A DNA stretch of 64,000 nt. It comes from Trichoplax adhaerens. Taxonomy: Eukaryota > Animalia > Placozoa. Made by a program: the position numbers and the translations under genes. Below the pieces are notes generated by a model. It was not told the DNA's origin. It saw nothing but the letters and a program-made list of their open reading frames with translations, and did not search any database. The DNA lies in assembly GCF_000150275.1 (NCBI RefSeq), contig NW_002060956.1:866280-930279 (forward strand), given 5' to 3'. Every line of letters starts with the position of its first letter. Positions within the stretch are counted from its first letter, which is position 1. Positions 46,801 to 58,360 of the stretch are shown here, one piece after another.

Positions 46801-48725
46801 AAAGCAAGGAAGGATGTTGGAATTTATGGGTTGTAAATTTCGATTTCTAAAACAAAGCTATTAAATTTGCAGCGATTAAGTTACTCTTGCAACTGATTAT
46901 TTTATTGGGTATAATTTCGAATTGTTTATTTTGTACTATCTGCTGTTGCATCAATGTTTTACAGCTATGCGTAGCCAATTCAAATTGCATGCATACATGC
47001 TACACTCATTTTTATATTCCAATTTTAAGCAATGTATGAATATAATCGTAGCGTGTAGTTGATGCTGCAATACGACTTGTGATGTAATAGCAAAATTTGC
47101 CCAATTTTAGGTGTCAAATTTATGTTAGTAATGTTGGTATACGCAATTCAAAAGTGATAACCCTTTCAGAAAAGAATATGCAGTTCGGTTTTGTAGCATA
47201 CAGTAATTTTCGTGACAGTATAGAGGTGTTTACATGAAGGGCGGTGGTGTTAATAGTGTACTGTACTGTACTTTGACTCTTTATTATGTCCCCCATTTTT
47301 CCACAATAAAGCTAAGAAAGCCTGCTAGATAAAATAAGTTTTGCCCAAGCACCACATGCATATTCTGTACAGGACTGCGTAACAGAGAATTGTCTTGTCT
47401 AGTCACGGTTCGGAGGTATGGAATCATTCGTTAAATGACATAGTCATATACTGAACTTATACTGTACATTGGTGTTGAAAAAAACGAATTTTACTTTTGT
47501 AACTGGACTACTTTACGTACATGTATGATTTTCACTGTCAATCGTGAACAAAGTATACTATTCACTATGATCGCAATATTGATTGTATTGTATTACCCAT
47601 TCCATGGCTTACAACATTCAAGGCTGTGCGTAATGTGCGTTGTTTAGCTGTTATAGTGCTGTATTATTATTATTTATTCTTTTATTATAATCCAGGTCTC
47701 GATAATACTATAAAGTCGAACTTACTTGCAAGATGAGAAAGCGGTTATGATCTAAATCAATTCCACTTGATTTCAAGAGGGTAGCAATCTCTTTAAAAGG
47801 TGTCTTCTTCCCATTTAAATGATAGCTTGAAGTACTATCTTTGTATGCTGTTCTGGAGACAACAAACTGACTATCTGGAATCACTTCGTAATCATCGCCT
47901 TCCTATACCATTTCAGAAAAACGTATGAAGGATAATTTGTGAATTAGACTGTTTGCCAGAATAGCAATAATAACAGTCAGACACCAGTGATATTTATAGC
48001 AATTACAGTTGGATATAGATGGGAGAAAATGAAGCAACGCCGCACTCCAAACATTTTACTTTCCTTTCAACATTAGAAATAAGTTCGAATTTGCTATTTT
48101 GTCATTACCGATGTCTTACCTTGTCTATTATTTTTTGAAAATGGACGCTGACGGTACAACTATCGATGTTGAGATGCTTCTCTGAGTTATGAATTAGGAC
48201 AGCGATTTTTTTCGAGCGCATCTTATTGGCACGATATCCAAATACAAATAGCATAGCATCAATAACATTGGATTTTCCACTGCCATTTGGTCCAACAATT
48301 GCGGTAAAATTCTAGAGTGTTTACAAACGATGGGAAACTTTGAATAGTTCATAACGATATTTTAAATTGCTATCGAATTCACATAAGTAGAAGGAGTAGT
48401 AATAGTAGTTATCAAGCTAAAGCGATCAGCCTAATGGAATAGTTAACCAGTGCAGTATGATTACGCTATAAAATTTTATTCATTTTGGAAAAAAAAAAAC
48501 AGAAAGGCACATTCCACACACGATAACATGACGGTTGTTTGTTAACTGTCAGTTGCCAGCAGTATCAAGGATGACCGCTATCCGTCAAATCATTCTTATC
48601 AAGAGATTCATAAAGACCAAGAAGGAATAACTTACCTTATCGAAAGGGCCTAATACTTTTTTCCCGGCATAAGATTTGAAATTTTCATTGACGATATGCG
48701 TAATCATTAAACGCGATTCAGCCAT
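40844..48725 (-). CDS. SMC4: Structural maintenance of chromosomes protein 4 (condensin), about 30 exons
   Basis: [21 protein letters not shown]; Walker [22 protein letters not shown]; hinge GRLGDLG...[13 protein letters not shown] and PRLFDLV; signature [27 protein letters not shown]; Walker [14 protein letters not shown]; [27 protein letters not shown] at 40844-40846. Confidence 0.97.
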
Positions 48726-49077
48726 TTTGGATGATTTTTCGACGATCTTTGGATTTGTAAGTTTTATCAGTGAATTTTCAAAGTCTACACAAGTAGCTCT
48801 CGACTACCAATGAATTGACGTTATTGGAATAAAATCAGGCAATACTAAAATCCAACAGAATAGACTAAGGAAATAGCCTATGGAGTTGGAAAATGCAAAA
48901 TATGGAAGGACAAGTGCTAATTTAGCAACTGGGATTTCAGTTCACTGCTTTCAATGAATTCTGACGTTACTGTTGCCTCAACATAAGCATTTGTCCTATA
49001 TACTGTTCAACTTTTGACTGTAAACTATGGGATAGAGGTACTGTATGGTGGCAAACACCAAGGACAAATGGGTAAAA

Positions 49078-49093
49078 TTTGAATTTCGGCGCC
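49078..49093 (-). promoter_or_regulatory. CDE-CHR (DREAM/MuvB-type) element in the SMC4 promoter
   Basis: Minus strand reads GGCGCC-GAAA-TTCAAA: a GC-rich CDE, a 4-nt spacer and a TTYRAA CHR, about 110 bp upstream of the putative 5'UTR donor at 48970. Confidence 0.6.
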
Positions 49094-51970
49094 AGTAAAA
49101 CGGTTGGTGCTGACAGCCGCAGTACTGTAGACTGTAGACTGTACAGTCTGATTAACTTGGGTGGCACGAAGGAAAATAAACTGTGTACAGTAGGCTAAAT
49201 CAAGCCTAAAGTAGATCAAATGTTATAGGTAGATGTAGTCCAATAACTCATTCCTATACAGATCGATTTTGAACAAGAGTATTAACAAATTGCAACTTTC
49301 AGTTCAATTTTCGACGCCATCTTGCCATCGAAGTTAATTGCGATGTCCTGTACAGTGTACAGTGTACAGTATACATAAAAAGTACTGTAGTCTGTAGTAC
49401 TGTACAGTTCTGTTTGAACCCTTTCGTTCGCGCAGCCGCTGTCGCAGTTGCTCTTAGACTTCTGGTTGCCGTATTAAAGCAACTCCTTTTAATTAAAATT
49501 AAAACGCACATTTAATTAAGCCCTCCATTCACGTACTGCTACTAAATTACTACTGTATTTTAACGACATCTCTTTACAGGAACTACTTTTTACCTGCCAA
49601 TTCTGTGAGGAATAAATGCGTGCTTATTGTAACCATGCATTTCCTGTCGCTATTGCTCATTTTTGAGGGATAATTTCCATACTTCAGCGCTACCGGTAGT
49701 ACTGGCATTGGTCGGTCAATAATAAACTGTAGACTCTAATTAAACGTAATTACTATACTGAATCTACAGTATACAGTATACCAATAACGAAGTTTGTTAC
49801 AGCATATCTCTATTCTATGGCAGACGGTCAATTTTTTTAGCTTTTTCAATCAAAGTAAATTCAATACACAAGTGTAATATTGTAGCGTCGATATCAAGAT
49901 CAGAACCCCTTTTAAATATCGTCGTTTAGCTATAAGCAAGGCGTTTACTTATGATAGTAGACGATGGTAGATATCTCTATTGGCAAACTAAAAAGAGAAC
50001 ATAATCGATACTAATTATAATATAATTAATGAAAAGCTTAATAAGCAAAGTCGTAATGACCATAGAGATATAATAACATTTATCATCGTAAAGGTAAAAA
50101 TGACGCAACATGTCGTTTAAAAATTTCCGCTTATTGGCATTGTTGAATCTTTATGTGTGTGTTATTGTCAATTGTGCGATAATCATGGAGTGGGAAGGAA
50201 CACGTTAGAAAGTCCCTATAGTAAAGAGCGCTAAATGTAAAGTGTACTCTTGGTAAAGTTAAAATTGACTACTGATTATATCATCTAAAATGCAATCATA
50301 CTGTGTAAAGATTACCGGATGATGTACGCATAGCTTGCATAAAGAGTGAATGAATTAGAGTACAGGAATAGAAAAATAGCTTGTCATCCATACAGACGTT
50401 CTTTACTGTAACATATAAAGCGCAATCAGAAAAAAATCATGTTATTGCCACAGTATGGGACTTCGTCAGAAGTCTTTAACCGAAATGATATTAAAAGGGA
50501 TACTATTCTATCGGAATGCGAATAACTACCGTATTAACTGCATGATGCAACTAGACGTCTTTGTTAAACACTTTCGATAGTCGATCAGGATATTACGGGT
50601 ATGTCCTGTTATACCACACATGTTTATATTGTATTTATAATCTTTTTCGCCTAACAAAAGTGATATGGACGGCCATACTCTGTATTCGGGACTCACGTAA
50701 GAATGATTCTTGATTTTTAATATTTATACAATTTTTTAATTAAGATGTAATATGATATCAAGATTGCTATATTGAAATGTTGATATTAATGTGTACCTCG
50801 AATAACATCGTTATTCTGCTATTATAAATACGGAAGCTGATTAAATGTAGAACAGATGATATTGATTAATTTACGTCCATCTTGCTACTGTACCTTTGTT
50901 ATAAGAATTTCTCTTTCAATGTTATATTAGTATATTTAACATCAGCCAGCTGCTAATCAAATACCATAATATCAGATATATTTTCTACTCATCAGCTATT
51001 AGTTGGTAAATTTAGCATTATTATAAAACCAAGTTAATAATGAATAGATATGTACTCATTGTCATAACTTTCTATATACGGTAACATTGACAAATGTCTA
51101 GTCATAATGGCAAATTCAATTCAATTAATTAAGGTAAATTATGTTGAGGAGGAATTCGCGTCATGTAAGTATCTAAATGTGTCGGTTAAATTGCGTGTGT
51201 GTAAATACAATACCTTCTAATTGTGGTAATCCATCAGATGAAACAGTGCTATCAGACTATCAGGCTTTACTACAAGTCTAAAAGAAATTTTGAACAAATG
51301 ACCTTAGCCTTATGCCTAACATTTACAAGCAGTGATCTACCATAGTATGTGTATCATGAACCAATCTACCATATAGTTAACTCGTTTCTCTCCTTAGCTG
51401 TGAAATTAAGATTCTACGCATCACTAGCTGCGAATACAATATTAACTCAGAAGCTAAGCACGCAATAGCAGTTTTCACACTTACTTAATGTATCGATATA
51501 ATACGACAAGGAAAGCCTAATCACTGCGACACGAGTCCAAATTAACACACTCATGCAGGTTACTAGCTTAAAAAATATTTCAGTTCTAATCAATTTTTTT
51601 TACACGTAATAGATTATGCTGATAGAGAACTTTTTATTCTTCTTGTTATAATAATACTTATCTAGTACAGTATATGTAATCCTATCTTAAATTATTTATA
51701 ACTTAGATATAAGCATACAACATTAACGAAACAATATCATTAAACAACTATAATCGATATTTTACTATTACATTATTGAACTATAGCGATAATCATTACA
51801 GTATAACATGATGTAAGTATAGATACATGTTATACAAGTGATTAGGTCACATATCGAGCACATCTTAGGGCTTTAAGATACAGCTCATCAATAACATATC
51901 CAATGATTGTTCTTAGTGCGATGGATATTTCCGATGAAACTTTTTAATATAGTACTGAAGCAATAAGCAG

Positions 51971-52352
51971 TTAACGACCAACGCCATTACTCGAGTATGG
52001 TGAAACACAATTACCACGATGGCAACCGAAGCAACACTTCTTTTTGTTCTTCTTACAAGATCCGTCAACGCTGCATCGCTATATATAAATTTACCCTGTG
52101 TTAGCCCATTTTTTATATAGTAAAAGATAGTGATAGTAAGAATTTAGGCATTAATACCTTATAAAATGATCTGACGACCCAGGATTTCTTATCTTCCTTA
52201 TCAGAATCTGCACCAGATTCATCGATGCTTCGGTATTCTTGCAAGAGGTCTACATTTCTTTCCATGTCATCATCATCAATATCATTGATAAATAGGCTTT
52301 CAACACTGATGATTGTCATCATGAACAATACGGTAAATATTGCAATCTTCAT
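51971..52352 (-). CDS. Secreted prepropeptide with a C-terminal inhibitor-cystine-knot (knottin) mature peptide, 100 aa, 2 coding exons
   Basis: Exon 52352-52158 (MKIAIFTVLFMMTIISVES LFINDIDDDDMERNVDLLQEYRSIDESGADSDKEDKKSWVVRSFYK|gtatta) joins in phase 0 to exon 52078-51971 (tatag|RCSVDGSCKKNKKKCCFGCHRGNCVSPYSSNGVGR*). Signal peptide, acidic propeptide, KK and KR sites, six Cys, terminal GR. 5'UTR intron 52839-52376; AATAAA at 51638-51633. Confidence 0.85.
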
Positions 52353-52894
52353 TATGCTTAGAACGAACTTAAAATCTAAGTAAGAGAGAACGATAATAGA
52401 TTATGAGCTGTCAATATTTAAAGTAAATTTTAGAACGATTCCGGCTTTAATTTTTCTATGGGCGTAAGACGATGTATAATTACTTTTACAGTCTATATAC
52501 ACTAGAATCCAGTGTTATTTCCTGTGGTATTATACTCGGAAATAATTTTACCTATTTTAAATATTAGTATTATATTTCCCTTTTTAAATGAAACTTTCTA
52601 AGAAATTAATCGACTCTGCTGACATTGCGAGATAAATAGCAGTGCTGAGAATAGATGTAACGATATTATCAGGTAACAAAGAGTAATCTCAACAAACATG
52701 TAAAAAATTTTTATCAAGTTTTATGTACTTGTACTGAAGTTTTACGTATTTATGAAAAATATTCTACTTATTTCTAATACTTTAAAAATTATCTGAAATT
52801 CACAATTGGCATTAATACAGTTAGATATGATGTTCTCACCTCTGATCTTAAATACTGAAAGAACTTCTTTTCGCTGTACTAGCGGTTATCTTCG

Positions 52895-52930
52895 GAATAA
52901 TGACTGGTAGCGTTTTCGAATCTTTTTATA
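52895..52930 (-). promoter_or_regulatory. TATA box and initiator of the knottin prepropeptide gene
   Basis: Minus-strand TATAAAA at 52930-52924; Inr-like TCATT with the A at 52901, 29 nt downstream; non-coding exon ends AG|gtgag at 52840. Confidence 0.7.
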
Positions 52931-55900
52931 GTGTCGTAGCTTCATACATTTAACTATTACGATTTATTAATAATTGGCAAATGAACGATTTTATTGTATG
53001 TTATTAAATTATTTAATGTATTTATGAATCGATATTTAATGAATAAACGTTAAAAATTTTGAATAGTTCGCTAATTTTAGTTTTTGTATTAACTACATCA
53101 TTCATTTGCTTTGTCTTAGTTGCTACCCTTTTGGGCGTGAGCTGATATAAATTAATCGGAACGTACTATAATTGTTCTTTTGGTTAGTTTCTTTATTACA
53201 TCAATTAGCTAATTGATAATATCGGCACTAGTTATTAGATTAGGCAGTGATTATTCATGTCGATTAATCGTTATTTACCTGCAGTCATCGAGCCGTCATA
53301 ATTATAAATATGTCAAAATTGATAAAGTTCAATGCGACATTGTACAGCAATTTATCAATACTGTCTATTTTAGCTACTGTTAAATTCTTATCACTTTATG
53401 TTTGTATCCGCAAGTAACGACATTTTATATTGGGTACTAGTAGATAATGTTTATATTCATATATATCATAACTACGAATATAAAGATCTTGCTTGGTAAT
53501 ACAAAATTGTAGTGGTATAAAGATAGGTTTAGTGACTGTTCTACCTAAAGCTTATTCTGACTAGCACTAAAGCTGATAATGCATTTCGATTACTTCAGTT
53601 TGCTATAAAAATATTTAGAAACATTTGAAACTGCTTTAGTAAGATGTAATCATAAAAAGAAACAATTCAAAATTATAATGTAGCGTACAATTTTAATTTG
53701 ACTTATTTATGATATCGCTTTTCTACAAAACAAGGATAGAGTAGCAGAACATGATACATAATTCTAAAATTAATAATATTTATGACAAATCGAGTACTGG
53801 TTCGTCATATAACTACAAGATTGGGCTATTGGTTGCAACCAATTTTACCAGTACAGCATATTTCTGCGTATAAATACATTAGATGGGATTAGGTTGGTAT
53901 CTAACACAAATTTGGTATAAAATCGAATTCATTACAGCTTATTGACTATGTTATCAGTTGCTGAATGGGTGTCTAAAATGAGTATGTAGGTGAGGAATTT
54001 TAAATTTTACTGTTTTCATTTTGTAGCATATCAATATCTCGCTTACTAGCCAGTATATTATTATAAATAATATATTCCTTTTGCAGGTGTTAACAATTAT
54101 AACTTAATGATTGTGTTCTAAGACTTCGCGATCGATATAATCTATCATTAATTTATGTGGTGTAAGGGAGTGATATAGCAATGAAGCAATTGTGCTATTC
54201 ACTAATTGTATCATTATTTCAAACTGACATCTGCTTTTGTATCGGATTCAAATGTAATTTCAACTCGAGATTAGGCACGTATAATTCAAAGCAGTATTGA
54301 ATTTTCCTTTAAACTAGCATTTTGAAAACTGTAAAGTGTTCTTGAAGATGCGATACAAAATTGATACCGTTTTAGTCAAAAAAATTTCGATCAAAGTAGA
54401 AATCAGAACTGGCATTAATTTTCGTTTATCAAAACTAAAGAATAATAAAGATTCAGTTGCTGCATTGAAATTGAACTTATTTATCATAGATTATGCTATT
54501 TATTATTTATGTTAAGAGCGCATTAAAACATATATTAAGATTGTTGATAAGAAATCTATGAAATGGAAATATTTTCTGGAGATGTATTAGTTTAACGGAT
54601 ATTATTTTCTATCTTCGATTTCTCTTAAACAATTTCGTTACTAACAAATAGTTTAATGTTGTAATATGACGTAGAAAATTATGATTAGTAATAGCCATTA
54701 TATTTATCTAAATATATTTTACAACACACCTTTAAATTTTTATTTTAATATGTAACAGCTATAAACAAGTTCTTTAACGTAAGCGATGACTTACGGGTCA
54801 TGTTTCAATTACTCTTTCAGGATTTAATTTTGTTGGACTTTGGAAATTTAATTTTAAGTTTAAATTTTAGACATGAAACAGCGATTGTATTCCTAAGAAG
54901 GTATTGAGACCATTTTTAGAAGTTAAAAATGAACCTCTGTATTCTCAATTATCTGAAAATGCGTAAACAAGCGACAATTAAAGATACAATGACTTCTTAT
55001 TTTACCGTTGCTGTCATAGTGCTGATATTTTATTGTCGATTAAATGAGACATAATTATAGGAAATAGCATATTGCTATATTCTGTCGAACAATATAATTT
55101 TATAAGAGGAAAATTAGTAAATGATATTAATTGATTTCTATAACTGTTTATAGTATGTCTTATTCGGATCAGTGCATAACCGCGCATCCAACAAGCTATA
55201 GATTGTTAGCTTAATATTGAACTATGGTAGTTCTACTTGTAGCTTGCACTTAGGTTATACGGTAATCATCACTGTCTAGGTAATAATCCATTTATAAATA
55301 TATTACTTTAACTGCATTTAAAAATTATTATGCTGTCACTTTTTAATCTAGTTGACGATGATTATGTCGCAATTCTCAAAACAAAGAATACTTCTTTTCC
55401 TATAATTAATTTATATGATTACCGGTCGGTATCTACTTACGGCGTAAGATTTCAACACTGAGTGATATGTTTATATATCGTTTTAATCAAGCACATTATC
55501 ACATTGCTAACCGACTATTTGGATTGCATTCTATACGGTATTACTGTATTGTACTCCAATACTTATGATGGCTTTTAAAGAGGCTTGCAATTCTACGTTA
55601 TGTGTAAGCATACTTTTAAACCCTGGTACTAAATTTATTTGTTGAAGACATTCTAAAACCGCATTGAAATATCGTTCCAATTTACAGTATAAGAGCTTTA
55701 TCATCGTTTTCGCCATGTATAGTACAATTTATCGCACATTATAATTATTAGAGTAGGAATGATAAATTGGCAGGTCTCCATTTGTATACCTCACTGTAGG
55801 CTCATCTTTACAACTTATGTGATAAAATCAATCTATTTCAATTTTCTTTTTTAGCACTTTATTACTGCAATCGGTGATTTTTATAAAATAGCTTTTTACT

Positions 55901-57224
55901 CCGTTGTCTATAAAGGATTCAATTGATATAATTATAGCATATTTTTACAAATTAAATATATCAAGTTTTGATATCACACATAGGCAGTATTTTCTTGCAA
56001 CTGCAGCTATAATAAAATGTATGTGTAGGCTTGTTTATGTAAACAACGATGCTACTATATGTGTGAAGAGTTAATTGATATGATATTACTGATCTGATTA
56101 TATCATTGACCTTTTATGATGTGCAATCAGAAATTTCATAGGAGGTGTTATGTGCAGCAGGAAGTAGCCCCTACACAAAACTACTGATGATCTATGGCAC
56201 AATGTGAGCACTGTATTAATCAGTCCGTACTTTCACTTTTTCAATACCATTTCAGTATTTTACAGCACAGTTTATACGCATATTTGTTATTATTATTGTA
56301 GTAACTTGATCGATTAGGGCATGATCATGGAAGTTGTATCTATCGTTTATCCTCAATTATGGATATGGAGCTAGCTTCCACCATAATTGTGAATGATCAA
56401 TTTATAATCTTCCTGGTCATGGATAGTTTAAGATTGCTTATATTTGGTATTAGGTAGCGCAGTATAGCAATAAAAAGTATACTATTGTCTTATGGTTACT
56501 GTTTTACCATGCATACGCGTATTTACGAAATTGCGGATAACCGAAGATCTACCATTTTTATAATTCCACTCTAGCATGTATGCCAATTTCACGATAAGGT
56601 ACTCCAGTTAAGACTCTTGGACGAAGTAACGCTCCGATAATTCATTTCTTTAAATTACTTTATTAGCTTTTATCCATGTACTGTAGATATGCTGTTAGCG
56701 TTGTAAGAGACAAGTATAAACCACTGACATTCTCTTTAAGATCGATATCCAAGAGCTGCATTATCTCTTCTACTTTGATATACGTACGCACTCGTTACAA
56801 TGCCGAGTAAACGGTACTAAGCTGTAAGAAGCAGTAGTAAATTACAACAATCATCGCTTGAAATAACTCAAGCGAACTGATTGAAACGCAAGATGCCACT
56901 GAATGGTTCATCGCAGTCGATTTGGTATTATCGCGTATATGGTAGAAATTGTTATAAAGAGCGTTGTCGCTTAACAGCTTAGTGGTCTTAATAACACCGT
57001 CAATGAAGTAAAGATTGATCAAAAGTGCAGTTACGCGAACTTATTGCCTATCTTTTCTGCTCGATCACTACACATACGACGGCAATACGATAACAGCCAA
57101 GGTATGGTAGTTGTCACCTCCCTTGTTCCCTGACAGTAGTAATACTGTAAATAGGTTCTACGTACAGTATATACGCGTAAGTTATAATAACTTGCCTAAT
57201 AAAACGAAGGCTTGGGTGGGGCGT

Positions 57225-57962
57225 GGTGTGGTGGCTCATACAGTATAATACAGTATATTTTATTTTATTTTATTTATTTATTTTACTTTTTCCATTGCCC
57301 GTGTGACCTATTTATGCGCCAGCAGACCTACAGTACTCGTATGCAAATTGCGGTCGCGCGGTGTGGTAGGCTCATACAGTATAATATTTTACTTTTTCCA
57401 TTACCCGTGTGACCTATTTGTGCTCCAGCAGACCTACTCGTATGCAAATTGTGGTCGCGTGGTGTGGTAGGCTCATACAGTATAATATTTTACTTTTTCC
57501 ATTACCCGTGTGACCTATTTGTGCTCCAGCAGACCTACTCGTATGCAAATTGTGGTCGCGTGGTGTGGTAGGCTCATATAGTATAATATTTTACTTTTTC
57601 CATTGCCCGTGTGACCTATTTGTGCTCCAGCAGACCTACTCGTATGCAAATTGTGGTCGCGTGGTGTGGTAGGCTCATACAGTATAATATTTTACTTTTT
57701 CCATTGCCCGTGTGACCTATTTGTGCTCCAGCAGACCTACTCGTATGCAAATTGTGGTCGTGTGGTGTGGTAGGCTCATACAGTATAATATTTTACTTTT
57801 TCCATTGCCCGTGTGACCTATTTGTGCTCCAGCAGACCTACTCGTATGCAAATAGTGGTCGTGTGGTGTGGTAGGTTCATATAGTATAATATTTTACTTT
57901 TTCCATTGCCCGTGTGACCTATTTGTGCGCCAGCAGACCTACTCGTATGCAAATTGCGGTCG
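57225..57962. repeat. Minisatellite, 101-bp unit, about 7 copies
   Basis: GGTGTGGTAGG starts at 57360, 57461, 57562, 57663, 57764 and 57865 (exact 101-bp period), plus a longer diverged first copy from about 57225. Confidence 0.97.
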
Positions 57963-58271
57963 TACGATTATGAAATTGTGGGTAAAGGTAACACTGAGTA
58001 TGTTTTTTCTGAACTCGCAGTACAGTACAGTACTGTGGAGCATAGTACAATATACTGTAGTGCGCATATTGACAGTACGGTGTGAGCCAGTTCTCTTTAG
58101 AGTGCTATTAGGCGAAATAAATTGTAGTAAAGTTGCAAAATTTGCCTTAAATTCTATACATACATATAGATGAAGTTATTCAGCTTTATATTCGTATAAT
58201 TCTTATTACATTTGGATTCACACTCGTGATTTTAGGGTACCTTAAAGTACTCTGATGCGAACTGGTTCACA

Positions 58272-58360
58272 CTGTACAGTACAGTGTACTGTACTGTAGC
58301 GGACAGGATACTGTACAGTACAGTACTGTACTGTACTGTACTGTACTGTACAGTATACAG
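58272..58360. repeat. (TACTG/CAGTA)n palindromic microsatellite
   Basis: ctgtacagtacagtgtactgtactgtag...tactgtacagtacagtactgtactgtactgtactgtactgtacagtatacag. Confidence 0.9.
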
